Part shown: positions 49,273 to 59,281 of the stretch, in pieces
Layout: each line of letters opens with the position of its first letter
Numbering within the stretch: the first letter of the stretch is position 1
From: an uncultured Desulfatitalea sp.
Lineage (GTDB): Bacteria; Desulfobacterota; Desulfobacteria; Desulfobacterales; Desulfosarcinaceae
Reading direction: 5' to 3'
Assembly (NCBI GenBank): GCA_963668675.2
Contig: CAXXMB010000001.1
Coordinates: 64,001 to 128,000 of the forward strand
DNA length: 64,000 nucleotides
Program-made: the position numbers and the translations under genes
Notes under the pieces: generated by a model
What the model saw: the letters and a program-made list of their open reading frames with translations, nothing else
What the model was told of the DNA's origin: nothing
Databases searched by the model: none

Positions 49273-51936
49273 ATGATGCGAACCAAGATCGTCATCGCCA
49301 TAACCGCCGCTGTTTTCGCCTTCTGCATTTGGGCGATTTTCAACCGGCCGGTAGAGGAACCGACATGGCCTGAACGTATTCACGGCTTCTGCCTCTCGCC
49401 CATGCAGGCCGGTCAAAGCCCCTTGACCAAACGATATCCGACCGAAGACGAAATACGATCGGATCTGTCGCTCCTTTCCGGCAAATCACAAGTTGTGCGT
49501 ACCTATTCGGTTCAAGGCACCCTTGGTAAGGTACCTGAGCTTGCAAAGTCCTTCGGTCTCAATGTGGTTTTGGGGGCCTGGATCGATTCTGATACTAATA
49601 AGAACGAGAAAGAAGTGAATACCCTGATAAACATTGCCAGAGCGAATGTCAATGTGCAGCGGGTAATCGTCGGAAATGAATCCCTATTGCGTGGTGATAT
49701 CTCCAAGAGTAAATTGATCGATCAACTTGAGAAAGTTCGCAACGCACTGTCCGTGCCGGTGAGCACGGCGGAGCCTTGGCACGAGTGGCTGAAACACCCC
49801 GATATGGTTGAGCATGTGGATTACCTGGCAGTTCATTTGCTTCCTTACTGGGAAGGAGTTCATGTGGATTCAGCGGTGGATTACATCGTCGACCGCATTG
49901 AAGAGTTGAAAGCGCGATTCCCAGGAAAGCCGGTGGTCATTGCCGAGGCAGGCTGGCCAAGCAACGGCAGATTGCGCAAACATGCTGCCGCCTCCCGCGC
50001 GAACGAAGCGATTTTTCTGCGCCGGTTTGTCGCGAGAGCGCAAAAAGAGCAATACGATTACTTCCTCATGGAAGCATTCGATCAACCTTGGAAGCAGGCC
50101 CTCGAAGGCTCTGTTGGCGCATACTGGGGCGTCTATGATGTCAATCGGAGCAAAAAGCTTTCCTTGGACCAGCAATTTGTTTCTATGCCCTACTGGAAAG
50201 TAAAAGCATGCTTTTCCATCGTTCTGGCAACGGCGCTTTTGTTTCTGCTGCTGCAAGACAGTCGCATGCTTCACTACCGGGGGCGGATTTTTCTGTCGGT
50301 GATCTCCCACCTGTCCGCCGCTGCTGTTGTCTGGATCGTTTATGAGCATTTTAGCCAGTATTGTTCGGTTAAAACTGTTTTGGTGGGCATATTTCTTATG
50401 GTTGGATTAACAGGTGCTATTGCGATTTTAATGACTGAAACGCATGAGTGGGCCGAAGCGTTATGGGCAAAAACTCGCCGAAACAAAGGCCTCTACAGGA
50501 AGAAACTTTTAGGCAGTACACCGTTTGTCTCCATTCATGTGCCGACCCACAATGAACCTCCAGCCATGTTGGCATTGACACTGGATGCTTTGTCCCATCT
50601 GGATTATCCCAATTTCGAGGTTCTTGTTATCGACAACAACACCAAAGATGACTCTGTATGGCGGCCCATCGAAGAGAAGTGTGCCCACCTGGGAAACCGT
50701 TTCCATTTCTTTCATGTAGACCCTTTGGAAGGTTACAAAGCGGGAGCACTTAATTTTGCACTTTCACATACATCACCTCGAGCAGACATCGTCGCTGTGG
50801 TTGACAGCGATTACGTGGTCGACCGATGCTGGCTGAGGGACCTGACCCCGCATTTCGGCAATCCTCGCGTCGCCCTAGTTCAGGCACCGCAGGATTACAG
50901 GGATGAAACGGCCGGTTTGTTCAAGTCTATCTGCTACTCAGAATACAGGGGCTTTTTTTCCATCGGTATGGTGACGCGTGACCAACGCAATGCCATTATT
51001 CAGCATGGCACCATGACCATGGTGAGGCGTCGTGTCCTGGATAGAGTAGGCGGATGGGCCAACTGGTGTATCAGCGAAGACGCCGAGCTAGGGCTGCGCA
51101 TTTTCGAGCAAGGTTATTTAGGTTTATATATCCACCGAAGTTACGGCAAAGGGTTAATGCCGGATACATTCCGTGATTATCAGTCGCAACGCTTTAGGTG
51201 GGCCTATGGTGCAGTCCAAATTGTTCGCCAGCACTTCAAACAGCTGATGAGAGGGACGGATAGTCATTTGGACAGAGGACAGCGCTACCACTTTATTGCC
51301 GGCTGGCTTCCTTGGTTTGCAGATGCCGCGAATTTGGTTTTCACTCTGTTTGCCGTTATTCTGTCGGTGACAATGATTGCTTTTCCTGACTATATTGACC
51401 CACCCTCGATTGCAATTTCAATACTTCTGCCGCTCATGTTCATGTTCAGGATTTTAAAAACCATTCATCTGTATCGGACCCGGGTAAGAACCTCCCTTGC
51501 AGTAGCATCGTCGGCTGCCTTTGCCGGTCTTGCCCTCTCTTTCACAATTGCCAAGGCTGTCCTTTTGGGGATGATATATAAAGGGATGCCTTTCCATCGA
51601 ACACCAAAACTGTGTGATCTTTCAGGTTGGCGTCATGGTTTTGTGGGAACCATATTTCTGGAGACTGTTTTATCGCTGATGCTTCTATCCAGCGTCGTAG
51701 GCGTTTACATCCAGAAAACTCCGCAGGATTTTAATTTATATTTGTGGATGGCCGTACTCTCTTTTCAATCTGTACCTTTTTTGGCATCAATCCTGTTAGC
51801 AGCCATTGATGCAATGCAACATTTCCATCTATCTGTTTTCGCCGGTAAGAAATATTTCCGAAAATCCAGACAAGTCTTCAGATCAAGCGTACAACCTAAA
51901 TTTCAAAGGAGAAAATGGACACCATGGGCCAATTGA
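49273..51936 (+). CDS. GH17 + GT2 fusion, NdvB-like beta-1,3-glucan glucosyltransferase
   Basis: GH17 motifs VIVGNESLLR, HLLPYWEG, IAEAGWPS and EAFDQPWK. GT2 motifs VSIHVPTHNEPP, KAGALN, DSD, SEDAELG and QRFRW. Confidence 0.9.
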   Translation: MMRTKIVIAITAAVFAFCIWAIFNRPVEEPTWPERIHGFCLSPMQAGQSPLTKRYPTEDEIRSDLSLLSGKSQVVRTYSVQGTLGKVPELAKSFGLNVVLGAWIDSDTNKNEKEVNTLINIARANVNVQRVIVGNESLLRGDISKSKLIDQLEKVRNALSVPVSTAEPWHEWLKHPDMVEHVDYLAVHLLPYWEGVHVDSAVDYIVDRIEELKARFPGKPVVIAEAGWPSNGRLRKHAAASRANEAIFLRRFVARAQKEQYDYFLMEAFDQPWKQALEGSVGAYWGVYDVNRSKKLSLDQQFVSMPYWKVKACFSIVLATALLFLLLQDSRMLHYRGRIFLSVISHLSAAAVVWIVYEHFSQYCSVKTVLVGIFLMVGLTGAIAILMTETHEWAEALWAKTRRNKGLYRKKLLGSTPFVSIHVPTHNEPPAMLALTLDALSHLDYPNFEVLVIDNNTKDDSVWRPIEEKCAHLGNRFHFFHVDPLEGYKAGALNFALSHTSPRADIVAVVDSDYVVDRCWLRDLTPHFGNPRVALVQAPQDYRDETAGLFKSICYSEYRGFFSIGMVTRDQRNAIIQHGTMTMVRRRVLDRVGGWANWCISEDAELGLRIFEQGYLGLYIHRSYGKGLMPDTFRDYQSQRFRWAYGAVQIVRQHFKQLMRGTDSHLDRGQRYHFIAGWLPWFADAANLVFTLFAVILSVTMIAFPDYIDPPSIAISILLPLMFMFRILKTIHLYRTRVRTSLAVASSAAFAGLALSFTIAKAVLLGMIYKGMPFHRTPKLCDLSGWRHGFVGTIFLETVLSLMLLSSVVGVYIQKTPQDFNLYLWMAVLSFQSVPFLASILLAAIDAMQHFHLSVFAGKKYFRKSRQVFRSSVQPKFQRRKWTPWAN

Positions 51937-52450
51937 GGTTTTTCGGCGGTCACCTATGTAGTTAAATCCATGTAACTCCAATGAAAGCAATGTTCCATAA
52001 AGAAGACATTCGAATGCATGTTAAGTCAAGGCTTTCTTTCAAAAAATTCATTATTTTAATATATTAAGGCGTAAAGGGTACAAAATCGATATTTGGTGTT
52101 GGAATTGGCGTCTGGGTTGGGTCGCCTGGAGGGGGGCGGACATATGGTGTCAAGTTTGGCATTAAGCTGGTTTTCATTGTAACGACTAAAGAATATAACT
52201 TTTACCAACAAGAGGTTTTTCCAGGATGCACTACATTGGTGCCCCACGATCGATAGCTTGCCCATTTATAGGTGCAGTGGTAGCATACGAGGGTATCGAT
52301 GGCCTAAACATCATTCTTTAGGTCAGTAAATCACCAAGCCTACGCATAATTTGGTTCATCTATAACTCGTTGCATAGTGGAGCAGTTGCCTGTCTAAAGA
52401 CGATAGCGGCAAAGTTTAATTTGTATCTGGAAAAAGGGGGGAGATTCATT

Positions 52451-54685
52451 ATGACGAGTAGTGAAGTACGCTTTGACTTCGAAATTTCGGGGTCCGACGC
52501 CAAATTCCGGGTTCTCAGTTATTCAGGAACCGAAGGCATATCGCAACTCTTCCGCTTCGATATTTTTGTTACAACGGAAAACAGCAACATCGACCTGCAA
52601 CAGATCGTCGGTAAACCTGCCGCTCTCTCCATCGGTACGGGTGATGACGTACGCCATCTGAGCGGGATGGTTTCCCGTTTCTGGTGGGTTGGCGAAAGCG
52701 GAGACCTGAGCGCCTTCTATGCTGAGGTCGTACCCGTTCACTGGATGCTGTGGCACCGCAACGACTGTCGTATTTTTCAAAATCTATCAGCGCCGGATAT
52801 CATTCGCAACGTGATGGAAGATGCCAATATCGCTGCCGACAGCTTCGATATGGACATGCTGCGCAAGAAACATACGATTAGGGAGTACTGCGTCCAGTAT
52901 CAGGAGTCGGATTTTAATTTTGTGTCGCGCCTCATGGAAGAAGAGGGGATCTTCTACTTTTTCCGCCACGAATACGACAGCGAGACCCGACGGGGACGTC
53001 ACGTTATGGTACTGGGTGATGACCCCTCGTGCCATCTTGCCATTTCAGGTAATTCTACCGTTATTTATAACGAACCCTCAGCTCAAGTCCCTACCGAAGA
53101 GTATGTGTATGAATATCAATATGGGTATCAAACCCGCCCCGGCACTGTTGCGCTCGGGGAATACAACTTTCTGCGCCCGGGTTTGGATCTGAAGGTATCG
53201 GCTTCTGGAAAAGCGTTCCAGCATTTGGAGCTATACCACTACCCGGGAGGATTCAATGACCAGGAGGGCGGCACCGAGCAAGCCAAACTTCGCCTGGAGG
53301 AGATGCAGTCAACCACTCTCATGGGTGCCGGCAAAAGTGTGTGCTGTCGCCTGATGCCGGGCTATTTTTTCAATTTGAAAGATCACCCGCAAAAGTCGTT
53401 CAACCAGGAGTACATGGTGCTGTCCGTAAGCCAGAACGGCGCGCAGCGCGATGTCTCTTCAGAAAGCCAGATGGGCGACTTTGAAAAGATACTCAATCAG
53501 GTAATGGGGTACATTCCCATGCCCTCCATCGGTCCCTTTTCCGTCATGCAGATTTATGACAATTTAAAAAAAGGGATCGACATGCTGTTCGGCAAGGATG
53601 AGGGTAAAGCGTATTACTACGGTAATCAATTCAACTGCATTCCCATGAATACGCCATTTCACCCTCCCCGCCAGACGCCCAAGCCCTTTGTGAAGGGGCC
53701 GCAAACTGCAAAAGTCGTTGCCTCGGAGGATGAAAAGGTGCAGATGGACGACATGGGGCGGGTCAAAGTGAAATTTCACTGGGACCGCGCCAAACAGGCC
53801 GATGATTTCAAACGCACCTGCTATATCCGCATGGCCTACAGCTATGCCGGCGGAGATCACGGCATCCAGTTTCCTCCTCTGGCCGGCGACGAAGTGGTGG
53901 TGGATTTTATGGAGGGCGATCCAGACAAGCCGTTGATTACCGGAGCAGTATACAATGGGCTCAACCGGCCGCAGCTCAAACCTGAAGATAAGATCGAAAA
54001 TATCATTCTGACGCCCTACCAGCACCGACTCCATTTCAATGACCGCACCGCCGCCGTCACTTTAAATACGGGGGGAGGGGAGACGATTCTACTGATGGAC
54101 GGGGAAGAGAGCAGCGATTATGGCCGACAGATCAAGATGAGCACTGCCGATGACCATTCGGTGCTATTGGCAAAGGGGGCCAAAGTCAGCGGCATCAAGA
54201 TCGCCACTCAAAAGGGACAGAAGCTGGTCATGTGGGACGAACCTCAGCCTGAGGGCGTTCTCCTTGAAGACCAAACAGAACTGCTCAGGCTTGAATTCAA
54301 CTCACAGGAGAGCACGATCCTGCTGCGAAACAAGTCCAGCCAACAGATCGTTATCGACTGCAACAGCGGCCGGGTGAGCATCCAGGGCGGCGGCGTCGAA
54401 GTGGTGGGCGGCCAGGTCGATGTCAACGGCAGCAGTAAGGTCAAGATCGCCTCGGGTGGTAAGGTTGAAATCGAGGCGCCGTCAATAGAGGCCACCGGGG
54501 CGGGATCGATCAAATTGAGTGCCCCGGACATCACGTTGGAGGGCGCTCAGATCAATCTCAATGCCCCCCTGGTAAATGCCTTGAGTGTTTTAAAAGCAGG
54601 CACCATGCTGCAGTCGCCCCTTGTATCGGCCTCTGTTTCGGTGGTGTCGCCCGCCTACGCCCCAGGCGTCGGCAATATAATGTAG
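52451..54685 (+). CDS. vgrG: VgrG-family (TssI) spike protein, orphan
   Basis: Motifs GTEGISQLF, RIFQN, REYCVQYQESDFNFVSRLMEEEGIFYFF, GPQTAKV, DDMGRVKVKFHWDR and GDEVVVDFMEGDPDKPLITGAVYN. Confidence 0.93.
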   Translation: MTSSEVRFDFEISGSDAKFRVLSYSGTEGISQLFRFDIFVTTENSNIDLQQIVGKPAALSIGTGDDVRHLSGMVSRFWWVGESGDLSAFYAEVVPVHWMLWHRNDCRIFQNLSAPDIIRNVMEDANIAADSFDMDMLRKKHTIREYCVQYQESDFNFVSRLMEEEGIFYFFRHEYDSETRRGRHVMVLGDDPSCHLAISGNSTVIYNEPSAQVPTEEYVYEYQYGYQTRPGTVALGEYNFLRPGLDLKVSASGKAFQHLELYHYPGGFNDQEGGTEQAKLRLEEMQSTTLMGAGKSVCCRLMPGYFFNLKDHPQKSFNQEYMVLSVSQNGAQRDVSSESQMGDFEKILNQVMGYIPMPSIGPFSVMQIYDNLKKGIDMLFGKDEGKAYYYGNQFNCIPMNTPFHPPRQTPKPFVKGPQTAKVVASEDEKVQMDDMGRVKVKFHWDRAKQADDFKRTCYIRMAYSYAGGDHGIQFPPLAGDEVVVDFMEGDPDKPLITGAVYNGLNRPQLKPEDKIENIILTPYQHRLHFNDRTAAVTLNTGGGETILLMDGEESSDYGRQIKMSTADDHSVLLAKGAKVSGIKIATQKGQKLVMWDEPQPEGVLLEDQTELLRLEFNSQESTILLRNKSSQQIVIDCNSGRVSIQGGGVEVVGGQVDVNGSSKVKIASGGKVEIEAPSIEATGAGSIKLSAPDITLEGAQINLNAPLVNALSVLKAGTMLQSPLVSASVSVVSPAYAPGVGNIM

Positions 54686-54701
54686 GTGCCCTTGAATAAG
54701 T

Positions 54702-54720
54702 CCCCCTTTGTCAAAGGGGG
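54702..54720. repeat. short palindromic repeat/hairpin after vgrG
   Basis: CCCCCTTTG-t-CAAAGGGGG. Confidence 0.55.
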
Positions 54721-54781
54721 GAGCGGTTTCCCAAAATATGCTTTGCGCCAGATTTGTAAAGAACCGCATAAGGAAATTGGA

Positions 54782-55756
54782 ATGGACAGTGATATCAATG
54801 CAAGGCGGCTCATCGATGAGCCCAATCATGTGCGCCTGCCCCTGTTGGCAGAGCTCTGCACCTCGGATGGCGATCCGACCCCCCTGGTGCCGGCCCTGTG
54901 CAGCTGCCTCAACGATTCTGACGAATCGGTTCGACATGTGGCGATGATGCTACTGGAGCGTTGCGGCTCCGAAGCCGTGCCGCCTTTGGCCGAGCTATTG
55001 GACCCGGGCCGTTCGGTGCAGACCCGTGCGGCCGCAGCAGCCTCCCTGGCGCGCATGGGGCCAGTGGGGGCACCGGCTTCCGCCGCTTTGTGCCGATGTC
55101 TCGGCGAGGATGATGAAACCCTGCGACGTCAAGCCGGTTTTGCGCTTGGATCCATCGGTGAACCGGCCGTTTCCGAGTTGCAGAGGCTTCTGTATGCCGA
55201 TGAGATCGAGATCAATTTGGCTGCCCTTGAGGCGCTGGGGACGATGGGAGTTGGCGCGCAGGAAGCGGCTGATGACATTCGCAAACTTGCCGCAGGAGAA
55301 AACCCTGTCGTGCAAGCGAGCTGCGCCGGATGCTTGGCACAGATCGATCACGCCGATCGACAGGGGTTGCCTCAGCTGATGGCGGCGCTGCAACACAATG
55401 AAGCAGTCGTGCGAGGCACGGCCGTGACGTGGATCGGAAAACTGGGCAGCAACGCGTCGACGGCTGTCCCCCTATTAATCGACCGCTTGAACGATGAGGA
55501 TCCGCAGGTTCGAGCTGAGGCCGTACTGGCTCTCGCCAGAGTGAAACCAACTGCCATCGAAGCCGTTGAACCGCTTATATCGCTGTTGGAGGACAGTGCG
55601 CCCGATGTCGTCATCAATACCTGTATCGCATTGGGAACCATCGGTGCGATGGCGGCGAATGCGATCAAGCCGCTCAAAGGATTGCAAGGCCATGCAGACG
55701 AACGTGTCGTGCAGGTCGCCGGGGCAGCGATTGCGCACATCGATCAAAAGGCATGA
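54782..55756 (+). CDS. HEAT-repeat protein
   Basis: Repeated L.D.D..VR..A...L..IG..A..AVP.L units. Confidence 0.88.
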   Translation: MDSDINARRLIDEPNHVRLPLLAELCTSDGDPTPLVPALCSCLNDSDESVRHVAMMLLERCGSEAVPPLAELLDPGRSVQTRAAAAASLARMGPVGAPASAALCRCLGEDDETLRRQAGFALGSIGEPAVSELQRLLYADEIEINLAALEALGTMGVGAQEAADDIRKLAAGENPVVQASCAGCLAQIDHADRQGLPQLMAALQHNEAVVRGTAVTWIGKLGSNASTAVPLLIDRLNDEDPQVRAEAVLALARVKPTAIEAVEPLISLLEDSAPDVVINTCIALGTIGAMAANAIKPLKGLQGHADERVVQVAGAAIAHIDQKA

Positions 55757-55825
55757 GCCTCATGCCAACGGTCATTATTGTGAGAAGATGAATTGCCAAA
55801 TGCTACTGGAGAGGAGAGAGAAGCC

Positions 55826-57349
55826 ATGGGTCTTCGGGATTTTACGATATACGATATGATATGCCGCAATGCGATGCTCTATCCGGAGAGGGACGCAGTC
55901 GTTTTCGGTGATCGACGCATGAGTCACATGGATTATAAAATCGCCTGCGATCGCTGCGCCGCCGGGCTGGTCGACGCCGGCGTCCAATTGGGAGACCGGA
56001 TTGCCATTGTCGCCCACAACTCCGATCGATATCTCGTTCTCTACGGAGCGGCGGCCAAGATAGGTGCTGTTGTCCTGCTGGTCAACTGGCGATTTCAGCA
56101 GGATGAAATCCAGTTTGTTCTTGCGGATTGCACCCCAAAATTGGTTTTTGCGGGTAAGGAATACCAGGAGGCAGTTGCAGCTGCGGCGCAGGATATCGCT
56201 TCCATAGAAGGGTTTTACGGCATGGAAGGGGAGACAACTGAGGGCGCTTTCAAGTCGTTTGGTACCCTCCTGATCGACAAAGGCGCTGATCAATACCCGG
56301 AGATCGACGCTGACGCGGGGTACGTGATCATTCACACCGCAGCAGTGGCGGGAAAGCCTCGCGGCGCGCTCCTGAGCCAGGCCAACATCATCGCTGCGAA
56401 CCTGATGGCGATGGAGCGCAGTGGACAGGACGAGCAGGCCTGCCATCTGTGCGTGTTGCCGCTCTTCCACGTTGCCGCCCTTACGCGGAGCATGGCCATC
56501 ATGCACCAGGGCGGCAAGAACGTGATCGCTGCCCGCTTTGATCCAGGGCATGCCCTCGAACTGATCGAGCGGGAGCGGGTCACCACCTTCGGCTCCTTTG
56601 CCCCCATATTGAAAATGCTGCTCGAAAAACACGCCGAAAAACCCGTCGATCTGACCAGCATCGGCAACATCAGCGGGCTGGAAGATCCGGACAGTGTGGC
56701 GGCATTTCTGAAAATCGCCCCCAACGCGATTTTTTACAGCGGATTCGCTCAGACCGAAGCCATGGGGGTGACCGGCAGCAATGCCGCCGAGCGGCCGGGA
56801 AGTGCCGGTCGACCGTCGATTTTGACCCGGGTTCTCCTTGTCGACGATGACGGCCGTCCGGTGCCCACCGGCCAGGTTGGCGAGATATGCGTGCGTTCAC
56901 CCGCAGTATTCCTTGGCTATTGGGGGCTGGAAGAGGAGACCGCCTACACGTTCCGAAATGGATGGCACCACACCGGCGATATGGGGCGCTTCGATGAAGA
57001 CGGCTACCTATGGTATGTCCAGCGCAAAGCCCAGAAAGAGCTGATCAAGCCAGGCGGCGAGAATGTCTACCCGGCCGAGGTGGAAAAAGCGATTCTCAGC
57101 CACGGTGCCATCGATGAGGTTTGCGTGATCGGTGTGCCTGACGCGCAGTGGCGGGAAGCCATAAAAGCGATATGCGTGCTTAAATCCGGAGGGCAAGCAA
57201 GCGCACAGGATGTGATCGATCATGTGGCATCGAAGATCGCTCGCTATAAAAAACCGAAGCACGTGGTTTTTGTCGATTCCCTGCCCAAATTGGAGAATGG
57301 TGAAATCGATCGCGCTAACGTCAAAAAGATGTATGGGGCTGGTGGTTGA
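55826..57349 (+). CDS. AMP-binding acyl-CoA ligase (long-chain fatty acid/CaiC-like)
   Basis: Variant P-loop HTAAVAGKPRG, PLFHV, GEICVR, GWHHTGDMG and IKPGGENVYPAEVE. Confidence 0.92.
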   Translation: MGLRDFTIYDMICRNAMLYPERDAVVFGDRRMSHMDYKIACDRCAAGLVDAGVQLGDRIAIVAHNSDRYLVLYGAAAKIGAVVLLVNWRFQQDEIQFVLADCTPKLVFAGKEYQEAVAAAAQDIASIEGFYGMEGETTEGAFKSFGTLLIDKGADQYPEIDADAGYVIIHTAAVAGKPRGALLSQANIIAANLMAMERSGQDEQACHLCVLPLFHVAALTRSMAIMHQGGKNVIAARFDPGHALELIERERVTTFGSFAPILKMLLEKHAEKPVDLTSIGNISGLEDPDSVAAFLKIAPNAIFYSGFAQTEAMGVTGSNAAERPGSAGRPSILTRVLLVDDDGRPVPTGQVGEICVRSPAVFLGYWGLEEETAYTFRNGWHHTGDMGRFDEDGYLWYVQRKAQKELIKPGGENVYPAEVEKAILSHGAIDEVCVIGVPDAQWREAIKAICVLKSGGQASAQDVIDHVASKIARYKKPKHVVFVDSLPKLENGEIDRANVKKMYGAGG

Positions 57350-57390
57350 CAATAGGTTTTAACGCAATCCATTAACTCACGCGGATGCAA

Positions 57391-57485
57391 CGGGCGGGCA
57401 TAAAGCCCGCCCCTACTTGGTTTGGGTAGGACCACAGACTGCTATCATGAACGGGCTTCGTAGGGGCGGGCTTTATGCCCGCCCG
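57391..57485. repeat. GTAG-family REP doublet (REPIN-like)
   Basis: Perfect 26-bp inverted repeat CGGGCGGGCATAAAGCCCGCCCCTAC (57391-57416) / GTAGGGGCGGGCTTTATGCCCGCCCG (57460-57485). Each arm is itself a hairpin with a GTAG foot; lies between convergent genes. Confidence 0.85.
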
Positions 57486-57538
57486 GTTCGAGAGCGAAAA
57501 CACCAGAAGTATATGGTATTGTGTTTTAAAAGATGGGT

Positions 57539-58336
57539 CTATCCTAAAAGCATCCGATCAGTCAGCAACTCCTCTTCCTGACGATCGTAGAAGCGTGCCA
57601 CCAGGTCCTCCTGGCTGAGTTTGCTTTTCTCCTCGCCTTTAATGTCCAGGATAATTTTTCCGTGGTGCAGCATGATCAATCGGTTGCCCAACTTCAGCGC
57701 CTGGCGCATGTTGTGGGTCACCATGAGGGTGGTGAGGTGCTGTTCGGTGATGATGTTTTGGGTCAGCTCCAAAATCTGGCGGGCGGTTTTGGGATCTAGT
57801 GCGGCGGTGTGTTCGTCGAGCAGCAGCACCTGGGGCGGTATGAGGGTGGCCATCAACATGGTGAGGGCTTGGCGTTGTCCACCGGAAAGCAGGCCGACGC
57901 TGTCCCCGAGCCTCTCTTCCAGCCCCAGTCCCAGATGCGTCAGTTTGCTTCTGAAGCGCTGGCGGTCCTCTCTATTCACACCCATGGAAAAGCCGCGCGC
58001 TTTGCCGCGCCGGAGGGCCAGGGCCAGATTCTGCTCGATGGTCAGGCTGGCGCAGGTGCCCATCAGCGGGTCCTGAAAGACGCGACTGATGAATTTTGCC
58101 CTTCGATGTTCAGGCCACTGGCTGATATCCTTATCCCCAAGCAGAAGCCGTCCGCTATCGGGTGGAAAGGTTCCGGCCAGGCTGTTGAGCAGGGTGGATT
58201 TTCCTGCGCCGTTAGAGCCGATGATGGTGATAAAGTCACCCTTTTCAACGGTCAGGTTGATCCGGTCAAGGGCCAGTACCTGGTTGACACTTCCTTTGTG
58301 GAAGTAGTGGGTCAGTTGTTCAAGCCGGATCATCAT
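57539..58336 (-). CDS. ABC transporter ATP-binding protein
   Basis: Motifs GSNGAGKST, LSGGQRQ, LLLDEHTAALDP and VTH. Confidence 0.93.
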   Translation of the reverse strand: MMIRLEQLTHYFHKGSVNQVLALDRINLTVEKGDFITIIGSNGAGKSTLLNSLAGTFPPDSGRLLLGDKDISQWPEHRRAKFISRVFQDPLMGTCASLTIEQNLALALRRGKARGFSMGVNREDRQRFRSKLTHLGLGLEERLGDSVGLLSGGQRQALTMLMATLIPPQVLLLDEHTAALDPKTARQILELTQNIITEQHLTTLMVTHNMRQALKLGNRLIMLHHGKIILDIKGEEKSKLSQEDLVARFYDRQEEELLTDRMLLG

Positions 58337-59226
58337 GAGCGGGCCCCTCCGAATCTGCGTTTGACGCTGGGCGCCATCAATGCCACCACCACCAGGATGG
58401 CGGTGATCAGATTCAGGTCGCTGGGGGTTACCGCAAAAGCCCCCAGTTTCAATCCCAAAGCCAGGGCGATGGCCAGCCGGTAGAGCACCGATCCGAGCAG
58501 CACCGCGATGCAGGACCGCGCCACGCCGCTGCGTCCGAAGACCGTCTCCCCCAGAATGACCGATGCCAGGCCGGCGATGATGGTGCCGATGCCCATGTTG
58601 ACATCCGACGCCCCCTGGTTTTGGGCCACCAGTGCGCCGCTGACCGCAACCATGGCGTTGGAGAGGCCGACGCCGAGAATGATGATGTGGTGGGTGTTAA
58701 CCCCCAGGCTCGTAATCATTTGGGGGTTGTCGCCGGTAGCCAGCATGGCCTGCCCCAGTTCGGTGTGCAGAAACCAGATGATCGCAACCGTGACAGCGAT
58801 GGCGAACCCACCGTAGAGCACCGGCGCTACGGCATAGCCGGCCAGGCCCATCGATATGAACGGATCGAGAACCGTATCGACCCCCAGCAGGGAGATGTTG
58901 GGGCCGTCCATGATGCGGATATTGATCGAATAGAGCGCGATCATGGTGAGGATAGAGGCCAGCAGGTGCAGGATTTTCAGTTTTGTGTTGAGCAGGGCTG
59001 TGACCGCGCCGGCGGCAAACCCGGCCAGGGCTGCCAGGGCCAGGGAGAGAAAAGGATTGACGCCGTTGGTGATGGCCACTGCAGAGACTGACGCCCCCAG
59101 TGGCAGACTGCCGTCCACCGTCAGGTCAGGGAAGTCGAGAACGCGAAAGGTGAGATAGACGCCCAGGACCATGATCCCGTAGACCAATCCCTGCTCCAGG
59201 GCGCCGATAAATGCATACCAGGTCAT
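58333..59226 (-). CDS. ABC transporter permease (uncharacterised/aromatic amino acid type)
   Basis: Motifs FPDLTVDGS, ALYSIN.RIM and ATGDN. Confidence 0.92.
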   Translation of the reverse strand: MTWYAFIGALEQGLVYGIMVLGVYLTFRVLDFPDLTVDGSLPLGASVSAVAITNGVNPFLSLALAALAGFAAGAVTALLNTKLKILHLLASILTMIALYSINIRIMDGPNISLLGVDTVLDPFISMGLAGYAVAPVLYGGFAIAVTVAIIWFLHTELGQAMLATGDNPQMITSLGVNTHHIIILGVGLSNAMVAVSGALVAQNQGASDVNMGIGTIIAGLASVILGETVFGRSGVARSCIAVLLGSVLYRLAIALALGLKLGAFAVTPSDLNLITAILVVVALMAPSVKRRFGGARS

Positions 59227-59281
59227 TGTCGATTCAGTCAGCTAAATTGTTGACATCGAATTGGATCTGTTCATCGGCAGC

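Noticed and set aside
52156..52175. TGGCATTAAGCTGG as a sigma54 promoter for vgrG
   Set aside because: No TTGC at the -12 position.
52230..52370. Possible c-di-GMP riboswitch upstream of vgrG (GGCCTAAA...TTTAGGTC hairpin)
   Set aside because: The conserved GCAAA/GAAA-tetraloop/GACGCAAAG elements are absent.
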